A stretch of DNA of 64,000 nt from the human T2T-CHM13v2.0 reference genome, Homo sapiens, in NCBI RefSeq assembly GCF_009914755.1, contig NC_060934.1; one strand, 5' to 3'. The translations under genes and the position numbers were made by a program. The notes beneath the pieces were generated by a model. The model did not search any database and had not been told where the DNA came from. It saw only the letters and a program-made list of their open reading frames with translations. Shown piece after piece: positions 45,980-61,296 of this stretch; positions within the stretch are counted from its first letter, which is position 1; every line of letters begins with the position of its first letter.

Positions 45980-48213
45980 ATAGCAATTATTTGCACTCTG
46001 GAAATAATCGTAGTCACTCGATCTAAGTTCATCTTGTTTATATAGTCACAGTTTTCAAACTGATTTGCCATCACATTAATAAAATAAAGAAACAATCCTG
46101 ATATGAGAGCAGTAGGTATCCTGATATTCATCAGTTTCTTTTCTTCCAGTTATATAACCTTTCTTGTTTTAATCTTTTGGTTTCTTTATGAACTCAGGTT
46201 TGGTGTTGTATTTTTCCCTATTTCAAAGGAGTAACCTGATTGTCTTTTGGTGTGATTTATACAACTGGTATCAGCAAGCTTCAAATTGGGACATCAGGGG
46301 AAAAGCAGGCTTACGTAAAATGATTTTGTGACCTTGAATTGGTCTTTACATTTATCTAGTATTTCTACATTTATCTTTTATTCATCCTATGGTAAGTTCG
46401 TTCTTACCATGAGATTCCTTCTAGCTCAAAAATTCTGTAATAAATAAAAGACATGGTTTCTGCTTCCAATAAATTTGTCATTGAGCTAGAGAGAAGATAT
46501 GCTGGATTGTAATACAGGCAAAGGTTTTGCAGTGGCTTTGAGAAGACAGAGATTAAGGAAGCAGTGTGATCATGAAAAGCTCTTTGACAAGGATGAGATG
46601 CCCTTACGTGATGGGATGAAGGAAGAGCTTCCCAGAGAGGGGCAATGTGAGTTAAGAGCCAAAAAAGCGAGAATTGGTTTCAAGACCAACGACATATGTT
46701 GGGAATCATGTGTAGGGGTGGGCAGTGGAGATGGGGAGTGATAGGTTGAGCCTAAAAAAGTGGCCCTCCAGCCACTTTGCAACTGAGCAGAGTCCTGATT
46801 TCTAGCATCCGTCATGACTTAGTTACCTATTCTATTTAATAGTGCCCATGGGTTTAAGGTAATGTCCAATCCATGAACTACATGATGTCCTACACATCTG
46901 CATAGCAGGAATGTATGACATCCCCGAGTGTTTGTTTAGCCAATTTCAAACACCAATCCAGTCCTTCCCCTAGAAAGTCTATTTGTTTAATGAACTCTTT
47001 TGAAATGTTAAAATTCAAAATTACGTGACAAATTGGGTGAGTTGCAGGCAAAATGTATAAAACTCTGTATATGTCTGTTAACTCATTGGAAAATGGGAAA
47101 TTTAGACTTTTGTCAGCATTAAACTATCACCAAAAATTAAAATTAATTTTAATTTTTAAAATTAAATTTAAAACAATTACATTAAAAAATTATTTTTTTA
47201 AAGACAGGATTTTCCTAAAAAAAGGAACATGTACAAAGTACACTATTGATTAACTATCTTAAAAAAAATCTAGAAGCAAAGTCTACTTATTGTCTGCCTC
47301 TTTTGTGCATTGAACTTTTCCCCTCCACACCCTTAGTGGACAAATTTGTGTAACCAGCATGTCAGAGATGTAGGGCATTATCCCAAAGGGAGCATTCACT
47401 GACAGGGCAGAAGATAGAAGCTACTACTGAGTTTTAAATGAGCTGCATTAGACAATCCAGTTGAGAGCTTACTTCTTTTGGTTTGCAGCTGCCTACAGGA
47501 TGATGTCAGTTGACAGAAGGTGGAAAGTTCCGTGTTTGAATGCATCAGTTTCTTCAGCTTTGCATCTTCAGCAGTGAATTCAGCAGGCTGAAAACCATGT
47601 CACAAATCCTGATCATTAATTGCCACCCACCCTGGGTGGAAATCCAATCCTACTAATGAAAAAAGTTGTTCAATGCTTTGTTCCAACAAACAAAAGTCAT
47701 CCCTGCTTTTTTAACTGCAATACTTCCCAGAGCACATATGCTGGATGAAGCAATGGTGGGGCTGTCCACCAAGCCTTTTCAAACTGTAGATTCAAACTCT
47801 TTCCAATCTGATGCATGTGATTTGAAAATGCTCCTATACCTTTTATAAATAAAGAAGTTAGATCAGACTGAGAAGTCAGAGATAGTTTTCTAAAAGGGTT
47901 ACAGTTATTTTTCTCTTTTTTAAAAGTGAAGAGCAGATTTCTTAGTGTTGGTAGATTTTTATTTATTGCTAAAGAGCTCCTGCTGTCACCTGTTACAGTG
48001 GGATAAATATAGTAAACCGAACCCTAGACTCAGGGTCCAGAGACTTGGGGTGAGGGGAGTCTTGGCCCTTCCCAATTAAGCACGTAGTGTGGTAGGGGAA
48101 CCCTTATTCCTGCTAGTGAGATAGAGTCTTGCTCCAGACTCCTCTCCACTTTTTTATAAACTCTACCCCAGGCAAAGAGGCTAAGTGGCAACCGATTGTC
48201 AAGTCTGGGAGGA

Positions 48214-48562
<349 letters not shown>

Positions 48563-48894
48563 TTACTCCTCCATCTCTTAGAATGTACCAGTTAGTGCAC
48601 ACTCTTGGCCAGTTCTCAAGGAGGGTGGCCTGTAGTTGTTTAGCAGTAACACTGTCCATGGCAGGGAAAGTATATCTCATTTAGGGACATGGTATTAACA
48701 AGCCCACTTGGCCAGTAGACTGAAGCATCATTCTCCAGAAAAAATTCTCCATTTTTTCAGTAATACAATTGCCCAACTCAACTGATTTTGAATGTGGGAA
48801 GAGAAAAAGCAGGGCGGGGAAGTGGGTATTACTTTTTCATTCCTATTGGAAAAGGTCTAGCATGGTATCTGAAACCTTATTGGACTTCTGTAAC

Positions 48895-49191
48895 TTTTGT
48901 TTGTTTGTTTGTTTGCCAGAGTCTCACTCTGTCGCCAGGCTGGCGTGCAGTGGCATGATCTCAGCTCACTGTAACCTCTGCCTCCCGGGTTGAAGCCATT
49001 CTCCTGCCTCAGCCTCCAGAGTAGCTGGGACTACAGGCATGCACCACCACACCCAGCTAATCTTTGTATTTTTAGTAGAGACAGGGTTTCACTGTGTTGG
49101 CTAGAATGGTCTTGATCTCTTGACCTCATGATCCACCTGCCTTGGCCTCCCAAAGTGCTGGGATTACAGGCGTGAGCCACCATGCCCAGCT
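48895..49191 (-). mobile_element. AluSc-like SINE
   Basis: gtcgccaggctgg Sc-type deletion; TSD gacttct(g/a)taa. Confidence 0.9.
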
Positions 49192-49738
49192 GACTTCTAT
49201 AAATTTTTACCTAAAATTAGTGAAGGTGGAGAGTGGGTCTGGTGAAAAAGCAAAGTAGGCTGAGTGTGAAAATTAGAAATAGGAAGTCAGTCTGACTGTT
49301 GATCCAGCTTCGAACTCCCAAAGATAGGTCATTAGCATTAGAATGGAAAACAGGGCAATCATTTTCCCCATGGGAAGTTGGAGCTAAAACAGTCACCCTA
49401 GGAGTTCCAGAACACACCCCTGTTCCCAGAGCCTGATGGTCTCAGCCAAAGCTGTAGGAGTTCTCACTGCAGGCCTCCTGATTCTTTTGTTTACTTAGAG
49501 CAAGCAGACAGATCGGTCAGCTTAGTGTTCAGGTTTTAAATCAAGTAGTTTGGGAGATAGCAAGATAAAGGCCCTGATTCAATTTCAGTTTCTTTCTCTT
49601 TTAAAAATAATAAGATTCCGAAATACAATAACCCAAAGGCAGGAACTGGATAAAGTCCATGGGAAGAAAAGAAAACAACGGACAGATAATTTATCTCTAT
49701 CCCAAGGAGAGAGGCAGAGTCCAAAAATAATGCTCATT

Positions 49739-50046
49739 GGCTGGGCGCGGTGGCTCACACCTGTAATTCCAGCACTTTGGGTGACTGAAGGGTGTGGATC
49801 ACCTGAGGTCAGGAGTTCAAGACCAGCCTGGCCAACATTGTGAAACCCCATCTCTACTAAAAAAATAGAAAAATTAGCCAGGGGTGGTGGTGGCGCATGT
49901 CTGTAATCCCAGCTACTTGGGAGGCTGAGGCAGGAGAATCTCTTGAACCCAGGAGTTGGAGGTTGCAGTGAGGTGAGCCAAGATAGCAGCACTGCAGTCC
50001 AGCCTGGGCGACAGAGCGAGATGCCATCTCAAAAAATAAATAAATA
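49739..50046 (+). mobile_element. AluS SINE
   Basis: TSD aaataatgc. Confidence 0.92.
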
Positions 50047-50561
50047 ATGCACATTAACCAAAATGGAGCTTTATTTTCCCTCTTTAGTGCAAATTTTAGA
50101 AACCATTGATGACAGAAGGGCTTACAGATCCTAAATCCCTCTTAGGTTCTATGGTGGCAATAAATCATTGTAAGTATGATGGATTGAGCACTGTGCTGGG
50201 GGTGGAGGCTGTACCGTGTCCTTGGTAAAGTCAATTTCCCACTATGCATCAAGATTTCGTCCTCTGCAAAATGAAGAAGCTGAGAGCTTTCTTCCCTAGG
50301 TGGTGAGGGTGGGCTTCTGGCTCCAGTTCCTTCTACCTGGCGAGTGCAACGTGGCACCACAGTGGTGTCAGCGAATGGCTACTGGAGAGAAGGCAGAGGC
50401 TCGGAGAAGAGCATCTGTCTTCCAGCAATTGAATAACACCTCTTCTCGCCCTGCTCAGTCTGGCTGCCCCATTTGGCAGTCACTTGCAAACTACTGCTGT
50501 GTTTCCGTCTGTCAAATCCCAGCAGAACATCAGGGATAGAGAGTGTGAAATGTGGATGCTT

Positions 50562-50566
<5 letters not shown>

Positions 50567-50606
<40 letters not shown>
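50567..50606 (+). repeat. (GT)20 microsatellite
   Basis: Perfect repeat, seen directly. Confidence 0.95.
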
Positions 50607-50611
<5 letters not shown>

Positions 50612-51205
50612 ACTAATGGCTGTCAGGGATGGAAATGTTGGAAGACCTTTTCAAAAGTCCCTTCTGAAATACATAAAAATATCTAGAGTTCATTAGATAA
50701 TTGCTTCATAGAATACAGGGTTACCATCACCATTCTTGCAGCCAGTGACAGTGTCTGATTTATTCAAAGGGGTAAGAAGTCATTGCAGATGAGTTAATCA
50801 CTTGGAATAGAGCAGCAGATGCCAGATGTCTAATGAACAGCAAGGCTTTTCTGTATTTTAAGGTTTTTAAAGTACACACACACACACATACACATCAGCT
50901 CTGCTGTACAAAAGTGATTCACAATACATGAAATCATGATTGTTTCAAAATAAATTCAAAATGACTGATTTGTTTTGTTCCCAATTACGTTGGTGAAAAT
51001 GGTCAAAAAGAATGTGTGTGTCCATACATTCCCTGGTTAACTTCACCAACAGCTAGAGAATATGTGGTCATTTTCCTTCTCAACCTGATGGGTGCTTATG
51101 TAGTCAAGTGCCATCATCTTTAGTTTAGAGGTTATTACCCAAACAGCTGCTGGGCTCAGCAATATGATAAATGGTGTTCTTTATATTCCTGTGTTTCTGA
51201 AGCTA

Positions 51206-51652
<447 letters not shown>

Positions 51653-52481
51653 AAAATGTGAACATTCGACTTCTTATTCTTGTCTACTCCTAAATCCCTT
51701 CCCATATTCAGTCAAAAGTCCTATCAGACCATGACGCGCAGGACCCTAAAAACTGAAAACCAAATCACTGTAGGGAACGTGGTGCCTCCAGGCCTCTGGG
51801 ACACAGCTGTCCTCCCAAGGTGGAAGGATTGGTCGCTTCCAGCTCATTGTCTGTCCGTTAGCTTCTGCTCTAATTCACATGCTATTGATAAATAAGATGG
51901 GGGGCAAGGGAGGGAACCGGAGCCAAACCCCACGGCAGGATTAGAAATGCCAGCCGGATGCAGGCAAAGCCTTGGAAAACAACAGGGTTCATGGCTGGGC
52001 CTCCCAAGCCAGCCTGGGCCAAGCTCATTAATCTTCCAGGCCCACTGACTTACTCAGACCACAGGTGCACACGCTGGTCGTCATCTTCATGGCCAAATAA
52101 AATCATCAAAACTCTGGAGGAGTAACAACATGGTAACTTAAAGACAACCGACTGGTACGTTTATGAGAGGCTTTGCAATATGATTTCTGACAGTTGTTTG
52201 GCATCATTAAGAGATCACTAAACAGAGCTAAGAAAAAATTTTTTGAAAATAGATGTGATTCTGGACGAGATTCTAATAACATAATGGAATCTCTTCCTAA
52301 ATTTGTCTTTAAAGGAAGCTCTTGTCAAAAACAAGGCTGAGAGGATAAAGATAGGTTATAACAACACATGCAAACTGGCGTCAGATTTTTCTTGGAGGGG
52401 CGTAGGAGGTAGGAAGGTGGGAAGATGTGAAAACATAACTTTATCAACGACTTGAATTTCCTCATAATAGCAATAACTATT

Positions 52482-52576
52482 CTTTGTTTTTTATTTTTAG
52501 TTTTTAACAAAGTCTTACTATGTTGGCCAGACTGGTCTTGAACTCCTGGGCTTAAGCAATCCTCCCACCTTAACCT
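52482..52576 (-). mobile_element. 5'-truncated Alu monomer (FLAM-like)
   Basis: TSD caataactat (52471-52480, 52577-52586). Confidence 0.8.
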
Positions 52577-52760
52577 CAATAACTATATTTTAAATAATTT
52601 TATGATTAAAGTCCTTGGCTATTTAGGGCTACATATGTAATTATCTATGGACATAATAATTTGATGCTAGAGAATTGTTTTAAATAAGACAGGCAAAATA
52701 CTAAAAACAGTTGAAATTCTTCATTTACATGGTTTGTAATTTTTTTCTACTTTGGACTAA

Positions 52761-53186
<426 letters not shown>

Positions 53187-54748
53187 AACTCTTTGCAAGA
53201 AGTTCTTTAAAGTTTATCTACTTTAGGTCTAAAAACAAAGAGTAGATTTTCTACGACACTAGGGATCCTCTGGAAGGAGAAAGGAGAATGGCCGAGAAAG
53301 CAGAGGAAGGGGAGGAGTTTGTCCAGTGAGTCGCTGTGCACGGGGACCCAGGGAAGGTGATAAGTGGCAGGAAGGACTGAGGACAAATATTCTCATGTTG
53401 GTGTGTAACTCCAGCTCCTCCTGGCTTATGCTGGTAGACAAAGCAAAGTAGCTGGGAAATTCTATAGTTGTCAAAACCATCACAACCACTCCCACTCTCC
53501 CATCTAGTTCCCAAGCCCTCCGAACAGAAGCTAGCAGGCCAATGCGTTGTTTTTAGTTTACCAAACCTGGGAAACAGCGGGCAAGAGAGAATCTCACCAC
53601 GGAGCACAAGCCCAGCGTTTTATGTCAGGCAGCCCACACGATGAGTCGCTTAGAGTCTTCCACAAAGAAGCTTTCTCCTTCCTGTGGGCAGGATGAATAA
53701 CAGCACCCAGCCAGCACGTTGGATGCTTGGCATTGGGAGCTTTAACGTTCCCAGCTTTGACTATCTTTGAACAACCCCCCAAACCTGTGACATGTAATAA
53801 TTTGTACTTCCACCGGAGCATGGACTAGAATGGTACAAGAGCAATGTTTGAGGGTGAGAGTGAATCATTTAGCTAGTGAAGGAACCTCGCTTACTGCTTA
53901 GCATCTCCAACTCAGGATTCACTGTTTTTCTGCTTGGTACCTCTGGAGGGGTGTTATGGAAAAATAGAATATTCTGTGGCAGTAAAAGATCCCTAAATAA
54001 ATTATGCTTATTCTGAAAGTGAAAAGACGGCAGAATGCTCTAAGTAGGCCATGGGTTTTAGCCAGAAAATAGAGCTTTGGGATAAATTTTAAAATAATGG
54101 ATTTACCACAATAAACAATTGGAAAAAAAGAATAGAATAGACTATGGAAGGAATTCAAAATTTGCAGATACACTAAGGTTCTAGATATTGAGTCTACCAA
54201 TGTGTTTTCTAACTTTGAGATGGGAAAGAGCTGTGTTCTTGAGGTAGATACTGAGACCATGCCAGGGAAGGAATCTACCTTTAGCCATAAGCAAGGGAAT
54301 TGATTCACACTGGGTGTGGTTTAAATGTTGATAAAACCCGCAATCTCCTGGTTTTTCCATGGAAATCCCAATGGCATACTCATTCTATGATAACTTTTGG
54401 TGTCCACATATTCGTGTTGCTTACAAGATAGTGTTCACATCTGGGCACCCACATCAGTTTGGATAATTTGAAACTGGCATTTCAGTGCACATAAGCTGCC
54501 TGTGGAGAGGTACGAGACAGACATAAGACTCACAGCTGGCCCCCTGCAGGACTGCAGAACAAACTGAGAAAGAGGCTTGCTGGCTCGCTGCATTAATGAT
54601 GAGTCTCTTATAGGATTGCTTGGTGCCTTCTGTTCCTGAGATCCTGCCAAATATGTCCTGAGCTCTAGCCCCCCGCATGTGGCTCTTTTTTATTATCAGA
54701 GCCACACTCTGATCCTCAGGACTTAACTCTGGTTGGCACCACTAAAGC

Positions 54749-54899
54749 CACGGGAATCCCGGGGATAGAGTCTAGCTCAGAGATTCAGCAAGTATTTGCA
54801 GATCCAAGTCCTTTTGCAAGAGAGTCACGGGAATCCCGGGGATAGAGTCTAGCTCAGAGATTCAGTAAGTATTTGCAGATCCAAGTCCTTTTGCAAGAG
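54749..54899 (+). repeat. 77-bp tandem duplication (2 copies)
   Basis: Copies begin cacgggaatcccgggg at 54749 and 54826; one C/T mismatch. Confidence 0.97.
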
Positions 54900-55209
54900 T
54901 CTCCAAATTAAACGCCAAACTTCTTGCTTGTATAGAATATTGGATGACTGACTATTGCCCACACTAATTGGGTCCTCTCCTGAAAGCTTGCATATCTTGT
55001 TCTAAAGAGGTTGGGGCCTTCATGGGATTCTGTCTTTGTTACATAACACTTTGCTCGGCTCATGAGGACTTAACTATGAGATGGTTGATGCCGCAGGAAG
55101 GAAAAGAGTGTGATTCTCTTTGGGGGTTGATAAAGGGAAATCATTAGGAACTTGCCTCCCTGCATTGTCATTGCTTTGTTAAGTCAAGATGAAAGTTCAT
55201 CAACAGCAG

Positions 55210-55542
55210 ACTGGGCACAGTGGTTCATGCCTATAATTCCAGCACTTTGGGAGGCCAAGACAGGCAGATCACTTGAGGTCAGGAGTTCGAGACCAACCTG
55301 GCCAAAATGGTAAAACCCTGTCTCTACTAAAAAAAAAAAAAATACAAAAATTAGCCAGGCATAGTGGTGGGTGCCTGTAGTTCCAGCTACTCGGAGGCTG
55401 AGGCAGGAAAATCCCACGATCCCGGGAGGCGGGAGGTTGTGGTGAGCCAAGATCATGCCATTGCACTCCAGCCTGGGTGACAGAGACAGACTCCATCTCA
55501 AAACAAAAACAAAAACCACAACAAAAACAAAACAACAAAAAA
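55210..55542 (+). mobile_element. AluS SINE
   Basis: Full dimer with CAAAA tail. Confidence 0.92.
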
Positions 55543-57329
55543 CTGCTTACAGAGGGCTGTTATGAAATATGGGAGATACAAAGGAACAAAGCCTCCCAGG
55601 TGCCGTGGGGCTGCTGCCACAGTGCATGCAATATTCATCTTTTGTTGAAAGCAGACGAGTGCTACTTCTACCTGCATTTTCCCTTATGCAGTCTGGAGGA
55701 GACTGCATGGCAGCCTTATGGAAAGAAATCAGTTCTCTTCCTGCTCCCAACTAAGACACCATCTTTGCCTTTGGAAAAACCAGCCGCCCACTCCTAACTT
55801 AGCTTCTTCCCCACACACCTCACCGATTTAGCCCACCTGTTCCCAGTCATTTTCATTCTCCCACCTCCTCCCGAATATCTGTCTCCCTGATCTCGCTGAG
55901 ATGTGGAGTCATTTCCCTTCTTTTCCTCCTCCTACACTCTCTCTGAAACAAGCACACCAAGTCCCCCATTTGGGAGTGCAAAGGAGGACATCTAGTTCTC
56001 ACCAGAAATTAGTTTTATTAATTGTCTGAGTAGGTTGTTGGACCCAGTGATTCAGATTTCAGCCCGGGGTGGATCTTGGCCGGTGCACCTCCAGCTAGGG
56101 TGTAGTTCTGAGTCCCTTTGGTCACCTCATCCTTTTCCTTAGCATCCCTCTGGCCCTTGGACGAACTTTATGTTTATTCTCTGTGCCCTAGAACTCTGGG
56201 TCCTTCCCTGGTTCATGCCTCTATTTTTCTTTCCTGCATAGAACTTGCAGTTCCCAATTTTGCCCATGATGGACAAGTTCATGGCTCTCGTCTCTTAACG
56301 TTATTTTCTGAACCCTGACCCATTTCTTCACTTCTCTTTCAGTTTTGTTGATAGATATTTACTGATCATTAAAATTGATTCTACCCCTGGGGGAATGAGT
56401 CATGGCTTTTTAACCTATTGTTCTAAATTAATTCCTGGGCCAGCCTTGCAATGGCCCTGTGGCCTCAACAATGGGCACCAGTGTCCCAGGTGCCTTGGAG
56501 GTATTTTCTCAGCTCCACCCAACAACCTACAGCCCACTTTTCATCTTATCCCATTGCTGAGCTTGCCTCCCCGTTCGACCTGCTCTGACTTTGAATTTGG
56601 GGCTGGAATTGTGCATTTTGTTCTTTTCTCATTTGCACTTCATGTATCTGAGTATTGGAACATTTATCCTGCTATGTTTTAATTATTTGCTCACCTGTGG
56701 AACTCCCAGTCCTGATCACAAGCTCCTCATGGTCAAGGGCTGTGTCTCGCTCATCTTAGAATCGTGAGTGCCTGGCTCATGAGAGATGCTCAGGAGATAT
56801 TGATGAGGTTAGCAGCTGAGTTCCCCAGAGGGGAAGCCTTAGAGCCTTCTATAAGCCCAGCCTTGCCATAGACAGTACTTCACTCCTGGAGCAGTGGTAA
56901 TATAAAAAATGACCACATTAGTAAGTGACAGGCTGTTCCTATTCATCCCAGAGACTTTTTGCAGGGGTTCTTTGTGTGTTTCTATTTGCTCATTTGTTTT
57001 TCAGTAAGGCGGAACTTCTCTTTGAAGCTTGTGGCATGTTAAGTCCACTGACCACAAGCTAGGGAAAAAATGCAGTATTTTGCTTTTTTTGTTTTATTGT
57101 CAGTAAAAGTCAAGGTTCAGTCCACAGGATCCACACAGCCATCAGAGGGGCCAGTGTGTGGAGAAGCTGCCAGGAAAGATGCCATCAGCCTGGGCCATTG
57201 AGGTCTTCTCTGTAACCCTGCCTCTCTGTCTTCCTGACTCACCTGCCCCACCGCCCCAGGTGCTGGGGACAGAGGCATGTGTATTGCAGACCAACACTGA
57301 TGATGGGCGGCCCCACCAAATCAGCCTGG

Positions 57330-57470
57330 AGCTCAACTCCTGCTGCACCACCAACCCCACTGCCCTGAGCCTCAGTTTCCTCGTCTGTAAGATGTGGAAA
57401 ATGCTACCTACCTTGCAGAGTTGCTACAGGGATCAGTGGTAATGCAAAAATGCTATTACTATTGTTATTA
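57330..57470 (+). mobile_element. MIR fragment
   Basis: ctgagcctcagtttcctcgtctgtaagatg core. Confidence 0.75.
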
Positions 57471-58194
57471 TTATGGAAATCTCTAGGCAGGAATCACATT
57501 CTCAAGCTGGCACATAATGAAAATCAAGGAATCACTAATGCATTATTCATCACACCTTGACATGACTTTTATATAACATTCAGCTGAAGTATCTTCGATC
57601 TGTATCTTCTTATTTGCTATTCTGAGTTCAGAACATAGGATAACTAGCTCATCAGTTCAATGAGCTGGGATTTTTTTTTTTTTTTTAATGAGCATCTGTT
57701 TGTGCCAACATCTCAGGTCCCTGAATGTACCCCTTCTCCTGAGGTTGAAGTATAAATTGATGAAGGCTCAGGTGGCGTCATGGAATGTCTCAAATAGATT
57801 AAGGCTGCACGACACGTGTGTGACTTGTATTCTATTTGGAGACAGTGTGGGAAGGTGAATCCAGCAAGAGCTCAAATTTTCCAGTGAGCAAATGTAGAAT
57901 TTTAATTAGCTTCGAGTCCATTTCTCTGCTGGAAATAGATCTCTGAGCATTTCTTCAATAGCATTACAGTAATTATAACAATTCTGAAAGGAATAAGTTA
58001 CAGGATGTATTTTTGTAAGCTTAGCAGAATAAGAAAGGCCACATCCAGTTCTGTATTTGGAGCATGCCTGGAGTTGCTGTCAAATGATGCTCAACAGCAT
58101 CAATGACAATAATGTAGACCATCCTATCCACAGTACTCTAAGACTGTACTGCCCATGGCACTTCCTACAGCAATAGAAATGCTCAAACCAAATC

Positions 58195-58330
58195 TGCACT
58201 GTCTAATATGGTGGGCACTGGCCACGTGCAGCTAGCATAACTAAGGGCTGAATTTTAACTTTATTTAATTTTAAATAATTAAAATTAAATAGCCACATGT
58301 GGCTAGTGGCCACCGTATTGAGCAGCACAG
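58195..58330. mobile_element. MER3-type hAT-Charlie DNA transposon
   Basis: ctgcactgtctaatatgg ... ccgtattgagcagcacag inverted ends; agccacatgtggctagtgg. Confidence 0.8.
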
Positions 58331-58517
58331 ATACCAGCTGGTGCTTACTCTAAGCCCCCTGCAGCCTGGGGTATTAGTGGGACAAAGGAGGAAATGTCAA
58401 AGGCCCCCAAGGCACCATAAAGCCCACACTCTAAAGCTCAAAGGAAGCCAATTCATTGAGTTTTCTATTTTTCATCCTACAGCATATCAGATGCATCCAA
58501 TTAGAAAAGAGACGCAG

Positions 58518-58840
58518 GGCCTGGTGCAGTGGCTCATGCCTATAATCCCAGCACTTTGAGAGGTTGAGGTAGGCAGATACCTGAGTCAGGAGTTCAAGAC
58601 TAGCCTGACCAACATGGTGAAACCCTGCATCTACTAAAAATACAAAATTAGCCAGGCGTAGTGGTGCACTGTAGTGGGCCTGTAGTCCCAGCTACTCGAG
58701 AGACTAAGACAGGAGAATTGCTTGAACCCAGGAGGCGGAAGTCGCAGGTTTGCAGTGAGCTGAGATTGCCCCACTGCACTCCAGCCTGGGCGACAGATGG
58801 AAACTCCGTCTCAAAAAATAAATAAATAAATAAAGGAAAG
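58518..58840 (+). mobile_element. AluS SINE
   Basis: Full dimer. Confidence 0.92.
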
Positions 58841-59269
58841 AAAAGAGACACGGGTACAATGGCAGCACCCTCCAGAAATGAAAAAGTTTGAAAAGGAAAC
58901 AAGACTCAAAGGAGAAAAACAGCCTGGGATTCCTGAGCCCAAGGATAAGCAGCCTTTATACCTCAAAGTCATCAAGGAAACGTCAAGAGTTCAACCACAG
59001 AGGCTCCAGGAAGGGATAGAGGGAAAATGAGCAACCCTAATCCAGACTTCTGGCCATCAAAGGTGGTAAAATATGGACGGTATTGCTGCCAAATGGGTGA
59101 GTTTTGGTTATCTGGAGAGTCCAGCTGCTGGTCACGTCTCAGTCCCTCCCTAATAGCACCTTGTGATGTCCTTTTGTTCTTGGGAGAAATAACTCCTGCG
59201 ACCCTCGGGTCTGCCTAAAGTAGCTTTGCCCACAGCTCCTGCCTCAGTTTATATGACTTCTCCTGACTC

Positions 59270-59675
59270 TTTGTTCTCTAGCTAGGCTGATCGTCCTTCT
59301 GCTTCCTGAAGGTGCCGTGATCCTTCCTCCACAGGACTTCTATCTAGAAGGTTTCTTCCATGCTACCCCTGTTTCTCCCCCAGCTGGCTCCTAGGCACCC
59401 TCAGATCTCAGCTCAAGTGTGTTCCTTGGAAGGCCCCCTGAATCCCCAACCCATCCCCACCACATCTAGGCCTGGTTTCTTTGTTAGTCACTCTTCGCCC
59501 TGCATTTCTTCCCAGCAAATACCTACTTGAATATACTCGTGCATCAGTGAGATGAACTGATTTATTCATCTGTAAACTCCAAGAAAGCTGGGATGGTGTT
59601 TGGCCTGATTCATTTGCTTTTGTGTCCTCAGTTCCTGGATTGTGCTCAATAAATGCAAAATGAAAGAATGAATGA
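59270..59675 (+). mobile_element. L2 3' fragment
   Basis: ctgtaaactcc...gtgctcaataaat...gaatgaatgaa tail. Confidence 0.65.
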
Positions 59676-60762
59676 ACTCCAGTTTATTTCTAAGATTTTC
59701 GACATGACAAGTGTCCTCCAATCCCTAACACTTTCACATCTTCCTAAAAAATCTCTTTAAGCTTTAGGATGACTCATATTCTCTTTGAGTGCCATTCCAA
59801 AGTTCTTACTGTCCAATAACTTATTATCATGAAATCTTCAACCTTAAAATTCCACCCACTTCTCCTTTGTTTGCTCCACTTACTACATCGTCCCCCAAAA
59901 ACTTCCTGATTTTTTTTAAACCTTTGGAGCTCATGTTGCAAGCTGAATCACATCTGTGGTTCTTTTCTTGGCAATGTACTCGCCTTGGTTTTTTCAGTTT
60001 CCTTCACTTGGTTTATCTGATAGCCTCTGAGCTCCTTATTTACTTGCTACCAATTACTTAGGTGTCTATTACTTAGATAGCTGCATTATCTTTTGAAATT
60101 CGTAGTTTATCCTTCACCCAGGATTTTTCTATTATTTTTTCCATAGACTTTCTCTAAACTGTGAATCTATTTCTTCTTCTCTTTTAAAGAAAATTATTTA
60201 AAAGTGGGGAAAATGAAACGTAAACATAATCCCAACTCATCTTACACCTCATCTTTGAAACATAAGACATCATTGCAAAAGAAAGATCTCAGTTAATTAT
60301 TTCCAAAGCCTTCAGGGGATTTATTCCTAACTTCTCATTTTCTGTCTCATTCCTAAAGAATCAGGGGTAAAACTCCCATTAGTCCTAATTACCCTCCCTA
60401 AATCCAATCAAGTCATTATGCCTCAGACTTTGTTTTCTTTAGAATGAGTTTCTTATCTAGTTAAATAATTTTCTCTTTCTAATAGACTTTATTTAGTACC
60501 AATTTCTTGATATAAATAACTCTCCTCTTTAGTAAGTGTTTGTGAAGCACTTATTATGTTCCAGGCACTGTGCTAGGGAAACAGCATGAATAATAAGATG
60601 AAAAAAAAATCCCTGTCCTCATGGAGATTATATTTAACAGGAAGGGGTATAATAAACATATGAATATATATAATATAATTTTAAATAATGACAGGATCTA
60701 CAAATAATCTTTATGCCAAATGCCATATACAATGAAAAAATCTGAATTTATACTAAAACAGA

Positions 60763-61296
60763 TGTTAGATATGAGTTCTAAATTTCTTTTCAAAGAATCA
60801 ATATGTCAGTATATGTTCAATTCTTTGTCTTCTACTTGTAAACTTAACTTCCTCGTAAAGTAACCTTTTTCGATTACCTCCTCCACCCTGACTCATTTCA
60901 ATCACTTGCTCCACCCTGACTCATTGCGATTACCGGCTCCACTCTAACTCATTCCGATTACCTGCTACCTGCTCTGCCCTGACTCATTCTCCATCCTGCA
61001 TAACCATTTCTCCCACCAAACCACTCACCCAGTCACTCTCTTTAAATTAGCCAATCGGAATTAGTTTAGCCTGTGCGGTCTAACCCTGGCCAACAGGGGA
61101 AGGACACAGCAGCAGGGGCCATGTGTGTCAGGGATAAGAACCCCTTCCCCTCCCTTGTCCAAGTGTGCTGCTCACCATTGCTCCATCTGTAAAGGCGCAC
61201 CCTTCTATAGAAGTAGCTTGCCTTGCTGAGAATTAAAAATAAAATTTTACATTCAAGTGCTATTTCTTTTACGGCACTGAAACTTTATTTATAACA
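60763..61296 (+). mobile_element. LTR10 (LTR10F-like, HERV-I) solo LTR
   Basis: tgttagatatgagttctaaatt...ttatttataaca; TG..CA ends; near-TSD caga/taga; CCAAT at ~61051, TATA-like at ~61206, AATTAAA at 61231. Confidence 0.88.

Noticed and set aside
47132-47157. 26-bp perfect palindrome AAAAATTAAAATTAATTTTAATTTTT
   Set aside because: A/T-only low complexity, so it can arise by chance.
60870-60990. ~28-bp repeat units resembling a CRISPR array
   Set aside because: No unique spacers and no cas genes in a primate context; it is the LTR10 internal VNTR.
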